A stretch of DNA of 64,000 nucleotides, taken from contig CAYFER010000005.1 in assembly GCA_964342185.1 (NCBI GenBank), positions 18,316 through 82,315 of the forward strand, written 5' to 3'. The DNA is from an uncultured Vicinamibacteraceae bacterium (GTDB lineage: Bacteria > Acidobacteriota > Vicinamibacteria > Vicinamibacterales > UBA8438). Shown here piece by piece: positions 28,031 to 37,482 of this stretch. Both the position numbers and the translations under genes were made by a program. The first letter of the stretch is position 1. Every line of letters starts with the position of its first letter. Under the pieces are notes generated by a model. That model worked only from the letters and a program-made list of their open reading frames with translations, searched no databases and was not told the DNA's origin.

Positions 28031-28759
28031 CTAGCTCGCATCCCCGGGCTTCGACACAAATCGATAGCCCACCCCTCGAACGGTTAGGAGGTGGCGTGGA
28101 TTCGATGGTTCGTCTTCAATCGCTCGCCGGAGACGAGAAATAAAATTATCGACAGTTCTCGTGTCTGTATCCTGACGCACCCCCCAAACTTCTTCGAGTA
28201 AAACTTCTCTGCGAACAACCTGTCCCTCTCGACGAATTAAGTGGCGCAGCAGTGTTGTTTCCGTCACCGTCAAAGGTTGTTCATCCCCGGCGCGCTCCAT
28301 CACTTGCTTAGAAAAATCAATCCGCCGACCGCAGAAGCTGTATTGATCAAGCAGTTCAGTAAATTCCTCAGCCGCACTATTCTCGAGCCACATCTTGCGG
28401 CGTAGGATTCCTTGAATTCGAGCGAGCAGTATTGATAGATCGAAAGGTTTTGGCAAATAGTCGTCGGCACCTAGTTCAAAACCACGAAGCACATCACCGG
28501 TTTCGCCTCTCGCCGTAAGCATTAAAACCGGGACAAAGCTTCCGGTGGATCTTAAACGCCTAACAACCTCGAAACCGTCCAATCCCGGCAACATTACGTC
28601 GAGTAAAACAAGGTCGATGGTGTCAGGCTCATTGGTAAGCCTGCGTAGTGCTGCCTCTCCGTTTTCTTCAGTATCAACACGATAACCTTCGGCTTCAAGA
28701 TTGAACTTCAAGCCGTTTGCAATATGCTCTTCATCCTCGACGACGAGTAGTCGTGTCAT
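28031..28759 (-). CDS. OmpR-family response regulator (receiver plus winged-helix)
   Basis: 242 aa. LLVVEDEEHI, DLVLLDVMLPGLDG, LTARG, and C-terminal ...LTVRGVGYRF. Confidence 0.9.
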   Translation of the reverse strand: MTRLLVVEDEEHIANGLKFNLEAEGYRVDTEENGEAALRRLTNEPDTIDLVLLDVMLPGLDGFEVVRRLRSTGSFVPVLMLTARGETGDVLRGFELGADDYLPKPFDLSILLARIQGILRRKMWLENSAAEEFTELLDQYSFCGRRIDFSKQVMERAGDEQPLTVTETTLLRHLIRREGQVVRREVLLEEVWGVRQDTDTRTVDNFISRLRRAIEDEPSNPRHLLTVRGVGYRFVSKPGDAS

Positions 28760-29667
28760 AACGGCTTCAGTGGAAGCTCAAGTGTGAACCGGCTTCCCTT
28801 CCCAGCACCTTCGCTTTCTGCGTAGGCTCGACCGCCGTGCCGTCTGGCCACCGCACGAACGATTGACAGGCCCAGCCCGGTACCCCTGACGCGAGCACTT
28901 AAAGCACCTGGAATACGATAAAATCGCCGAAATATCCGTTTCAATTCATCTCGCGTGATCCCCATGCCTTGGTCCCTAACATTAATCGCGACACTTCTAG
29001 CACCCAGTTTAACCACCTCGACCGCGACCCTAACCCGTTCACCGGAATATTTAATCGCGTTGTCAATCAGGTTTGTGACAGCTGCCTGAAGCTCTTCCCG
29101 GTCACCCATCACCACAGCATCCTCTCCTTCCGGAAGCCGATCAATCACTTCGACCTCGCCGTCTATTAGATGATGCCGACGGCCCGCCACAGTCACGCAT
29201 TCACCGACAACTTCAGCCAGATCAATGTCGATAGGATTAGCCACGCGAGTCGCCGTACCCGTCTTCCCCGCCAAAAGCACTTGATCAATGGTTGATTGAA
29301 GACGTGCGGAATCAGCGAGCATCGTTTCAAGAAACTCCTTCCTCCTAGTCGGCTCAACGTCTCGTTGGTGCAACGTCTGGAGATATAGTCTGATAGACGC
29401 AAGTGGCGTCTTAAGTTCGTGTGTAACCGCGTGAATGAAAGCGTTATGTTGTTCGGTAGTGCGAATCTCCCGAATGAGAAAGGCCGTGTTAAGCACCAAC
29501 CCGGCAATTAGTACAGCGAAGCTGATAATCCCAATCAGCAACCAGAGGCCAGTCCGCCAATTCACTACGATCCAACCTATGTTGAGCGCTAGAGCAACCG
29601 CGATAAGCAGCGCACCAAGCAGACCGACAAACAAGACTTTCCTTCGCCGCATCTCGCTCAGTACCAT
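28756..29667 (-). CDS. sensor histidine kinase with two TM helices, a ~6-residue outer loop and no HAMP/PAS (intramembrane-sensing type)
   Basis: 303 aa. TM1 VLFVGLLGALLIAVALALNIGWIV, loop VNWRTG, TM2 LWLLIGIISFAVLIAGLVLNTAFLI, leading directly into the H-box AVTHELKTPLASI. N-box NLIDNAIKY; G-boxes DQGMGI and GTGLGLSIV. ATGA overlap with the response regulator gene. Confidence 0.85.
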   Translation of the reverse strand: MVLSEMRRRKVLFVGLLGALLIAVALALNIGWIVVNWRTGLWLLIGIISFAVLIAGLVLNTAFLIREIRTTEQHNAFIHAVTHELKTPLASIRLYLQTLHQRDVEPTRRKEFLETMLADSARLQSTIDQVLLAGKTGTATRVANPIDIDLAEVVGECVTVAGRRHHLIDGEVEVIDRLPEGEDAVVMGDREELQAAVTNLIDNAIKYSGERVRVAVEVVKLGARSVAINVRDQGMGITRDELKRIFRRFYRIPGALSARVRGTGLGLSIVRAVARRHGGRAYAESEGAGKGSRFTLELPLKPL

Positions 29668-29745
29668 GACCTAATAGGATAACGCCTTCGCGCTATTCAA
29701 CAGGAATGCTTTATTCAGGAAAAATGCTTTATACCAGAGTACCGA

Positions 29746-30633
29746 CTAAACAGCCACGTCAGCGGGCGTCTTACGTGCGATCTGAGTCGCCGTTGGAACC
29801 CGAACGTCCCAAGCGAGACCGACTTTCTCAAGCAACCTGATCTGAAGCCAAGTGAGATCGAGCTCAAATCGTCCAAGTCCGTGGCGTGCAGAAGTGGGAT
29901 GGGCATGATGATTGTTGTGCCAACCTTCACCAAAAGTAAGTAGAGCCACCCACCACGAATTCTTTGAGTCATCGGACGTGTCGAACCTGCGGGTGCCCCA
30001 CAGGTGCGTCGCTGAATTGACTAGCCAAGTGCAGTGCAATCCAAAGACCACCCTCAAGAAAACACCCCACAGTAGCCATGGCAATCCACCAAGCGCTAAT
30101 AGTGACAGGCCTAACAAGACGAGCGGAACCCAGTGCCACTTCGAGAGCACTCGGTAGAAACGGTCTTTCATGAGGTCTGGCGCGTACTTCCCCATAACAA
30201 CCGTGTCGGCATTCATTGGATCACCGAACATCGTCCAGAGCATATGCGACCACCAACGACCATCCCTTGGAGTATGTGGGTCCCCATCACGATCAGAGTG
30301 TTGATGATGAATGCGGTGGCAGGCTGTCCAAAAAATCGGACCTCCTTGAAGTGTCATTGTCGCGCAGACGGCCAAAAAATACTCAACGATCTTCGGCGTT
30401 TCATATGATCGATGGGTATGGAGACGGTGATACCCCATTCCAATTCCCCAACAGATACAGACCCAGTGCAAGACAACGGCTACCATCACCGCCTGCCAAG
30501 TCGTATAAAAAACGGCCGCCACCGCCAGAATGTGAAAACACACCATCGCGGTCAACGTAACTCGGTTAACTTTTGTCTTGTCGCCGAAATCAACGTGGCT
30601 GACGCTCAATGAACCCTCATTCTGCTGGACCAA
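29746..30633 (-). CDS. acyl-CoA/acyl-lipid delta-9-type fatty acid desaturase
   Basis: 295 aa. Three His boxes, HRLHTHRSY, HRIHHQHSDRDGDPH and GEGWHNNHHAHP, with 4 TM segments. Confidence 0.85.
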   Translation of the reverse strand: MVQQNEGSLSVSHVDFGDKTKVNRVTLTAMVCFHILAVAAVFYTTWQAVMVAVVLHWVCICWGIGMGYHRLHTHRSYETPKIVEYFLAVCATMTLQGGPIFWTACHRIHHQHSDRDGDPHTPRDGRWWSHMLWTMFGDPMNADTVVMGKYAPDLMKDRFYRVLSKWHWVPLVLLGLSLLALGGLPWLLWGVFLRVVFGLHCTWLVNSATHLWGTRRFDTSDDSKNSWWVALLTFGEGWHNNHHAHPTSARHGLGRFELDLTWLQIRLLEKVGLAWDVRVPTATQIARKTPADVAV

Positions 30634-30814
30634 TATTGCCGGAACAGCCTAACAGGCAGAACACCTACGGAGAAGAATCAGAATGTAATAGTTATGTAAT
30701 TTTCGTCACGATCGGCACCGTCAGTCCTCCGCCGTTCAATCGAGTGACCAGCCAACACACTCCAGCTCAAAAAGCTGAAACTCTAGCTAAATTAAGGCTA
30801 GCAAGGCAAAAGGT

Positions 30815-30905
30815 TGGCGGAGAGGGTGGGATTCGAACCCACGTGCCGGTTACCCGACAAGACGCTTTCGAGGCGCCCCCGTTACGACCACTTCGGTACC
30901 TCTCC
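30815..30905 (-). tRNA. tRNA-Ser (CGA), long variable arm, CCA encoded
   Basis: Minus strand GGAGAGGTACCGAAGTGGTCGTAACGGGGGCGCCTCGAAAGCGTCTTGTCGGGTAACCGGCACGTGGGTTCGAATCCCACCCTCTCCGCCA. Anticodon loop CTCGAAA. Confidence 0.9.
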
Positions 30906-30986
30906 AATAAGACTTCTTCGCCGCAAGTTGCAGGTAGCCCCAAATTTCCTTCTAGTCTCAGCCTTCCAGAGCCGCGGAACAATTCA

Positions 30987-31481
30987 TTAGGATACCGTGA
31001 GATCGGCGTTGTTCCGGCGTGACTGAAAGAACGACTGTATTAACTCGCGGCATTCATCTGCTAACACGCCATGAACAACCTCTATTTGATGATTCAACGC
31101 CCAATGGTCAAGTATCCGCGCGACTGACCTTACAGCTCCTGTTTTAGGCTCGCTGGTCCCATACACAAGCGTTCCTACTCGGGCGTGAACGAGTGCTCCC
31201 GCACACATCAGACAGGGCTCAACGGTCACATACAACGCAGTGCCGGTAAGTCTGTAGTTGCCCATCCGTCGCGAAGCATCACGTAACGCAACAACCTCGG
31301 CGTGGGCCGTTGGGTCGATTGCACCAATAGTTTGATTAAAGCCAACACCCATTATCTGGCCGTTGGCGATAACTGCGGCACCAACCGGGACCTCACCAAC
31401 ATCTTGAGCACGCAACGCCTGTTCGTACGCTACACGCATCCAGGTCTCATGCTTCAACTTCGAAGTGTCGCCCATAACCAA
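30987..31481 (-). CDS. tadA: tRNA adenosine(34) deaminase
   Basis: 164 aa. HAEVVALR...(zinc His), then TVEPCLMCAGAL (PCxxC). Confidence 0.9.
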   Translation of the reverse strand: MVMGDTSKLKHETWMRVAYEQALRAQDVGEVPVGAAVIANGQIMGVGFNQTIGAIDPTAHAEVVALRDASRRMGNYRLTGTALYVTVEPCLMCAGALVHARVGTLVYGTSEPKTGAVRSVARILDHWALNHQIEVVHGVLADECRELIQSFFQSRRNNADLTVS

Positions 31482-31601
31482 ACGCTATCCTACCTGATGC
31501 TTGCGAAACCCATCTTCTAAAACCATTAATTCCCAGAGTTTGGAACTTCGAAAGGCGACTGTAGAATCACACCACATGTGTTCGAACTCTAGGAATTCAA
31601 A

Positions 31602-31994
31602 ATGACAAGATTCAAGGCTTTATCGGAAATGATTTACTCCATCACGCGCATTGTCATCGGGTTTTTGTTCTCTCTGCATGGCATCGAGAAGATTTTTGGT
31701 GTGATGTCTCGAGACGAGCCGGCTGAATTATTTTCGCTGATTGGCGCCGCCGGTGTCATTGAACTCGCGGCAGGGGGGTTGATCTTCGTAGGACTGTACA
31801 CGCCATGGGCTGCCTTCGTTGCAAGCGGGCAGATGGCATTTGCCTACTTTCTTGCCCACCACCCTCGTGGGGGATGGCCAATTGAAAACGATGGTGAAAG
31901 AGCAGTCTTATACTGTTTTGTCTTCCTCTATCTCGCGACCAGAGAGTCAGGTCCTATTAGTCTTGATCGAATGATCGAAGGGCGCCGACCCTAA
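31602..31994 (+). CDS. DoxX family membrane protein
   Basis: 130 aa, 4 TM, with RIVIGFLFSLHGIEKIFG near the N-terminus as in DoxX. Confidence 0.7.
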   Translation: MTRFKALSEMIYSITRIVIGFLFSLHGIEKIFGVMSRDEPAELFSLIGAAGVIELAAGGLIFVGLYTPWAAFVASGQMAFAYFLAHHPRGGWPIENDGERAVLYCFVFLYLATRESGPISLDRMIEGRRP

Positions 31995-32065
31995 TGGACG
32001 TTTCCATGGGACTTCCGGTCGGACAGCTTAAAGATTTTCACCACCAATTGGCTCTTCTGAGGCCC

Positions 32066-33865
32066 TCAATCCAAATGTCCTCGCTCAGCGTCCCCCATTT
32101 CAACCCCAGCCTGCGGGAAATATTCCCTCCAGCGGCTCGAAACTCGAGTCGCAACATCTGGTTGACATCGAAGTTCCTCGGGAAACGAAGGTTTTAGTCG
32201 AGCATCAATCACAATAGGCGCACTGTATGCCAGATGATTTCGTACGACTTTGGTCGACGCCGCGTATATATCTGCGGCTGGTTCGAATCGCGTGAACGTC
32301 GTCCAGAGGAAATTCATCGAACTTTTCGCAGCCCGGACCGGCTCATCAGTCACTACAATCAATGGCCACTCAGAAAATGCTGGATGCTTTGCAATTCGAT
32401 CTGGAACGTTTACATCGTCAGCGTACGCGGAAGCACCCACAACTAAACACCCCCCACAGAACACCAGAATGTCGCTCAAGCCGCTCGGCAAGTCTGTTGC
32501 CGAGAACTCCTGCGGCAAGTGGCGAATGGGGTCACCCAATCCCAACCAAACACCCTTGGAACCCTTATTAACCTCGGGCCCTGTGTAATCGAGAGTATCC
32601 ATAGACAGGTTTGATAAAACATATAGGTCAGTCTCGGGGTGGGTCCGTTCGAGTATGTGTTCCAAAGTTCTTGGAAAGTCTTTTAAGTCAACTAGCTGGT
32701 CAGTTACTAAAAGGAACTTCGTAAGAGAGAGCTGACCCTCACCCAGAATTCGAAACGCGCTTGCCATAGCTTCCCGCGCATATCGCTGCTTGACGACGGC
32801 CGCAGACAGTGAATGGTAACCAGTCTCCCCGTACGACCACAACCGCTCGACAGCTGGCATTACCAGAGGGAACAGCGGCGACAGAAGTTCCTGCAATAGG
32901 TCGCCGATGAAAAAGTCTTCCTGTCTGGGTTTACCGACGACCGTTGCCGGATAGATAGCATCGGTTCGATGGGCAACCGTTTGAACCTCGAACACCGGAT
33001 AATCGTGTTTCAAGGAGTAGTACCCATAGTGATCACCAAACGGTCCCTCCGGCCGTCTCACCTTTGGGTGAACCTCTCCAACAAATGCAAACTCAGCGTT
33101 AGACACTAGAGGGTGCCCAGAGGGTCCCGTAGAGAGCTTCAGTCGTTCGCCAGCAATCAGAGATGCGAGCATTAGCTCTGGAATATTCTCTGGCAAAGGA
33201 GCTATCGCCGACAGAATCAAGGCGGGAGGACCGCCCAAAAAAACGGTGACCGGCAACGGTTCACCACGGCCCTCGGCGACCTGATAATGAAACCCTCCCC
33301 CCTTTCCAATCTGCCAGTGCATGCCAGTAGAACGGCCATCGTGAATCTGCAGACGATACATTCCTAGATTGTGTCCCCGACCGTCAGGATGTTCGGTATA
33401 GACGAGTGGAAGTGTGATGAAGGGACCTCCGTCATCCGGCCAAGTGGTCATTGCCGGCAGAGTGTCCAGTCGAACGTCATCAGTCACGACCTCCATAACC
33501 GGACCGCTTCGACCTTTCCTGACCCCGACCTTAAGTAATTCAAAGCCGAGGTCTCGGGCTCCCCAGAGTTTCGCCGGCGTCGGTGGAAGAATGTTTTCGA
33601 CCAGGTCCACCAGCCGATGAATCAGACGCTGAGGACGCGCACCAAACGCCAACTGTGCGCGCCGTTGAGTACCAAATAAATTAGTAATTAGCGGAAATTT
33701 AGCCCCAATGACATTGGTAAACAGAAGCGCCGGACCACCGGCTGCCACAACCCGGCGATGAATTTCTGCGGCCTCTTGATTTGCATCTACCGGCACATGG
33801 ACCTCGACTAGATCCTTGTCTTGCCGTAACTGTTCCATGAAATGCCGCAAATCTGGGAATGACAT
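32066..33865 (-). CDS. UbiD-family (prenylated-FMN-dependent) decarboxylase; likely quinone (menaquinone/ubiquinone) biosynthesis
   Basis: 599 aa. MSFPDLRHFMEQLRQDKDLVEV, ...GPFITLPLV.T..P.....N.G.YR.Q., GG.PA. Full UbiD architecture with a C-terminal extension. Confidence 0.85.
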   Translation of the reverse strand: MSFPDLRHFMEQLRQDKDLVEVHVPVDANQEAAEIHRRVVAAGGPALLFTNVIGAKFPLITNLFGTQRRAQLAFGARPQRLIHRLVDLVENILPPTPAKLWGARDLGFELLKVGVRKGRSGPVMEVVTDDVRLDTLPAMTTWPDDGGPFITLPLVYTEHPDGRGHNLGMYRLQIHDGRSTGMHWQIGKGGGFHYQVAEGRGEPLPVTVFLGGPPALILSAIAPLPENIPELMLASLIAGERLKLSTGPSGHPLVSNAEFAFVGEVHPKVRRPEGPFGDHYGYYSLKHDYPVFEVQTVAHRTDAIYPATVVGKPRQEDFFIGDLLQELLSPLFPLVMPAVERLWSYGETGYHSLSAAVVKQRYAREAMASAFRILGEGQLSLTKFLLVTDQLVDLKDFPRTLEHILERTHPETDLYVLSNLSMDTLDYTGPEVNKGSKGVWLGLGDPIRHLPQEFSATDLPSGLSDILVFCGGCLVVGASAYADDVNVPDRIAKHPAFSEWPLIVVTDEPVRAAKSSMNFLWTTFTRFEPAADIYAASTKVVRNHLAYSAPIVIDARLKPSFPEELRCQPDVATRVSSRWREYFPQAGVEMGDAERGHLD

Positions 33866-33899
33866 TGATACGGTATGTTATCCGGTTTCTCCCTACCCC

Positions 33900-33928
33900 T
33901 TGGCTATAGCTTAGCCAGAAGCGATAAT
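33900..33928 (+). promoter_or_regulatory. possible sigma70-type promoter for the cimA/leuA-like gene
   Basis: TTGGCT (33900-33905), a 17-nt spacer, then GATAAT (33923-33928), about 27 nt upstream of ATG 33955. Sequence match only. Confidence 0.3.
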
Positions 33929-33954
33929 GAAGTTTTGTCAGAAACGTTTAAGTA

Positions 33955-35619
33955 ATGGCGAGTATTACCGATAAGAAGGCTAGGATGTCGAACTCCGCCG
34001 TGGCCAGACGGCCAACCCGTAAGAGTCGCCAAAAGACGCGCTTTATCGAAGTTCTCGATACTACGCTCCGCGACGGAGAACAGGCAGAGGGCGTTTCCCT
34101 CGGCCATGCCGAGAAATTGACGATCGCGAATAGACTCCTTAAAGACGTCAAGGTCGACCGGATCGAGGTGGCGTCAGCTCGTACCAGTGAAGGTGAACGT
34201 TTAGCCGTCGAAGAAATCATTCGTTGGGCCGAGACAGAACACTTTACTGGCCGGATTGAAATCCTTGGATTTGTTGATTCAAAGGCCTCGATTGACTGGG
34301 CGCGGGCGGTAGGTGTTCAGGTCATTAATCTGTTGACGAAAGGCTCCCTGCTTCACTGCCAAGAACAATTGCGGCGCACACCTCAACAACACCGCGATGA
34401 CATCCGAAAAACTATTGAATACGGCACCAAGCACGGTGTGAAGTTCAACGTCTACTTAGAAGACTGGTCTGGCGGCATGCGCGACTCACCGCAGTATGTG
34501 ACGGACCACATACAAGCATTGGTGGAACTTTCACCAACGCGGATCATGCTCTGCGACACCCTCGGAATTCTGAATCCGATGTTGACTCGCCGCTATATGA
34601 GTGAAATCACGGCGGCGTTTCCGGAAACACGCTTCGATTATCACGGACACAACGACTACGGGTTGGCAACAGCTAATACTCTAGAGGCCGCAATTGCCGG
34701 AGCTCAAGGAGTTCATGTCACCGTCAATGGAATGGGTGAACGCGCTGGAAACACCGCGCTTGACGAAGTCGTCGTTTCCCTTCGTGACCATGGCGAACTT
34801 CGCACCCACGTCAAGGAACGTTCTCTCGCCGGAGTAAGTCAACTTGTCGAAGTGTTTTCAGGCCGGCGAATTGCAGTCAACAAACCAATCGTGGGAGAAA
34901 ACGTCTTTACGCAAGCAGCTGGCGTGCACGCCGATGGCGACATGAAGGGGGAACTCTACGCAAGCAAGCTTCACCCCGTTCGGTTTGGGTTACGACGCAG
35001 TTATGCCATGGGCAAACTCATGGGAAAAGCGAGTCTAGAGTTTAATCTTCAAAGATTAAATATCTCACTAACCAGCGAACAAAAAGATCAGCTCTTGCAG
35101 CGGATCGTTGAACTTGGTGATCAGAAGCGACACGTTACAACCGCCGACCTTCCATTCTTGATTTCTGAGCTATTACAAACACCCGAACTACGGGTGTTCG
35201 AAGTCAGAGACTACTCAATCGCCACTAACAAAGGTCTCCGTCCATCCGCCAGCATCCTAGTCCGATACCGTGGCACTGAGGTTCAGGCCACAGCATCGGG
35301 CGACGGTGGCTATGACGCGTTCATGCAAGCCCTACGGAGTGTCGAATCAAAACTCGGTTTCGTAGTTCCAAAACTCCTCGATTATGAAGTGAGAATCCCA
35401 CCTGGCGGCAAGACCGATGCTATTGTCGAAACTACGATTCAGTGGGAAGGCGGTCTAATCACCCGAGGTATCGATACAGACCAATTAGCGGCTGCGATCC
35501 AGGCAACTGAACATGCCCTTAATGCGGTTGCTCTTCACAGTAATCCGCATCCAAAACACACCGGGACCAAACGTCCTCGGCGAAATCGTCGATCGAAAGT
35601 AACGTCGGTGGCTCGCTAA
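33955..35619 (+). CDS. (R)-citramalate synthase / 2-isopropylmalate synthase family protein
   Basis: 554 aa. DTTLRDGEQ, HxH metal site YHGHNDYGLATANTL, and a C-terminal LeuA-type regulatory domain. I cannot separate CimA from LeuA by eye. The start could be the second Met (MSNSAV, 33985). Confidence 0.8.
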   Translation: MASITDKKARMSNSAVARRPTRKSRQKTRFIEVLDTTLRDGEQAEGVSLGHAEKLTIANRLLKDVKVDRIEVASARTSEGERLAVEEIIRWAETEHFTGRIEILGFVDSKASIDWARAVGVQVINLLTKGSLLHCQEQLRRTPQQHRDDIRKTIEYGTKHGVKFNVYLEDWSGGMRDSPQYVTDHIQALVELSPTRIMLCDTLGILNPMLTRRYMSEITAAFPETRFDYHGHNDYGLATANTLEAAIAGAQGVHVTVNGMGERAGNTALDEVVVSLRDHGELRTHVKERSLAGVSQLVEVFSGRRIAVNKPIVGENVFTQAAGVHADGDMKGELYASKLHPVRFGLRRSYAMGKLMGKASLEFNLQRLNISLTSEQKDQLLQRIVELGDQKRHVTTADLPFLISELLQTPELRVFEVRDYSIATNKGLRPSASILVRYRGTEVQATASGDGGYDAFMQALRSVESKLGFVVPKLLDYEVRIPPGGKTDAIVETTIQWEGGLITRGIDTDQLAAAIQATEHALNAVALHSNPHPKHTGTKRPRRNRRSKVTSVAR

Positions 35620-35643
35620 TCGGCGACCGTTTCAAATTGACAA

Positions 35644-36675
35644 CTACCGTGCCTCAGCGATCTGTTCATCAAGGCGTGCTCCACCCAAAATACCAGGCAT
35701 CGAATAATTCCCTTCGTGGCATGCATACTCAAAAATTGGATCTTCTGTGCTCTTTAAGACCAGCATCACAGTCCAAGGCTTAGTCCAAGTATCCGAATCA
35801 TCGAGCGTTATCTCATGCTGGATGGTATCGGGTGCCACGCGGGTAAAACGCTCAACGAGACGCAATCCCGCAGAAGCACCACTATAGCGTGTCTCACCCG
35901 AATAATTTGTCGTCTCAACAACCAGAGTGTCGCCGTCCCAATGGCCACGCGAATCACCTGTCCACAATCGCACGCCATCATCAACATGGGGGCGCCCATC
36001 AAGCGGAATGACACGGGAGATGTGCCCCATCTCCTGAAGGATAGCTACGTGGTCTGGTGTTTGAAGAATCTGAAAGTAGCTGTTGTAACCAGCGCTCAAA
36101 CGGGGCGCCTCAAAGTGGAGACACCGGTCGCCAAGACTTCTATCTTCAGGCCCATCCGAGGGATGCTCCCGGGAATATTCACGCCTAGAGGAAGCGAGTG
36201 CTTCGGCGGCAGTGGTTAATGCCGGAATTCGACCATCCGGTGGATCGACAATGAGAGACGTGCGGTTATCAAGGTTGCGTTCGACTAGCCAGAAAGCGTT
36301 GTAGTTTCCGGTGACGACATCGAAATCGTTATACTCTGAATTGCCCAGCGCCTGCTGAATAAGACGGTCTCCCAACAAATCTCCAGCTTGTTCGTTGTTG
36401 CGAAATTCATTCACCTTCTGGGTCAATTCAGCAAGTTCTTCGTCTGACAACACCGTCTTACCCGCCAGTTGCTCTGGACGCTGCAGAGGCGTTGCACTGT
36501 TGTTAGCCCAGATACCCTGAAGGTCAGGCTGTCCATCCGCTGTGCGGGGGACCGCCCAATCGCTTTCCTGTCCCAACGCCGAGAACGGCACCGTCGCACC
36601 AATCACAAGTATCATCAGCAAAACTGCTATGCGTCGATCTATCATTACACTCCTCCTGCATGCCGGATAAGACAT
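35644..36675 (-). CDS. secreted protein, same paralogous family (copy 4)
   Basis: 343 aa. Signal peptide, then VPRTADGQPDLQGIWANNSATPLQRP, GDRCLHF, WTGDSRGHWDGDTLVVETTNY, WTKPWT and FEYACHEGNYSMPGILGGARL. Confidence 0.7.
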   Translation of the reverse strand: MSYPACRRSVMIDRRIAVLLMILVIGATVPFSALGQESDWAVPRTADGQPDLQGIWANNSATPLQRPEQLAGKTVLSDEELAELTQKVNEFRNNEQAGDLLGDRLIQQALGNSEYNDFDVVTGNYNAFWLVERNLDNRTSLIVDPPDGRIPALTTAAEALASSRREYSREHPSDGPEDRSLGDRCLHFEAPRLSAGYNSYFQILQTPDHVAILQEMGHISRVIPLDGRPHVDDGVRLWTGDSRGHWDGDTLVVETTNYSGETRYSGASAGLRLVERFTRVAPDTIQHEITLDDSDTWTKPWTVMLVLKSTEDPIFEYACHEGNYSMPGILGGARLDEQIAEAR

Positions 36676-36703
36676 ACATATGCCTCTCTGGCTAGTTCAA
36701 CAA

Positions 36704-37482
36704 CTACAGTTGCTCGCGCTCCAAAAGTGCCGCCACTTCAAAAAAATCCTGGACCTCCCAGTCTGGAGCGTAGCCATGATGTTCTAACGGCTCATCCGCG
36801 CGATTAACCCAAATAACCTTTAGCCCGGCCACCTTGGCACCCACAATATCAAACTGCCCGCGACAAACGAATATAACCTCACTCACGTTAAGGCCTAGTT
36901 TGGCAATTGACTTGAGATAGATTCGGGATGCACTTTGTTCTTGCCCCATAGATCTGCGGTGAGATAAACATCAAAATCAAACCCCATATCGGCAAAACGA
37001 TCAACATTGCCAACTCGAACCATCTCACTGTCACCGTTCGACAAGGGACCCATAATCGGATAACCTACGGCCCGAATTCTCTTGAGCCCCTCAATGACAT
37101 CAGGATAGGGGTCGAGTTCGTGCCACGCCTGCATAAGTTCGTCTTCATCACCCTTGGTCAGTTCAACCTTGTGAAAACTAGCGGCTGTTCGAAGTGCTCG
37201 ACGAGTAACAAATGAAAACGGTTCAAACCCTTTATCGACCAGTGTGTTGTACATGATGTAGACCAACTGTTTGGACCGCCAGAGCTCGTTAAAAGTCGTT
37301 GGGTTAGCCACGATACCTTTTCGGCTAAACACTCTGGAAACCGCTAGCTCGACGCCCTCCCAAGAAACAAGCGTCCCGTAGGAATCGAACAGCACAGCCC
37401 GCGACCGTTCCTGAGCAGGAAGCTTCTGATTAACCGGCGTTAAAGCCAGAATGATAATGACGAGAAAGATACGGTGTCTCAC
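36704..37482 (-). pseudogene. HAD-superfamily hydrolase (haloacid dehalogenase type II-like) split by a 1-nt frameshift near 36911-36930
   Basis: The N-terminal part (track ORF 36895..37521) carries motif I, FDSYGTLV. The C-terminal part (36704..36949) is in another frame and carries ...VIFVCRGQFDIVGAKVAGLKVIWVNR (motif IV region). The frames meet at HPES / IYLKSIAKLG. The likely start is GTG 37482, which forms a GTGA overlap with the upstream HupE-like stop. Confidence 0.6.
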
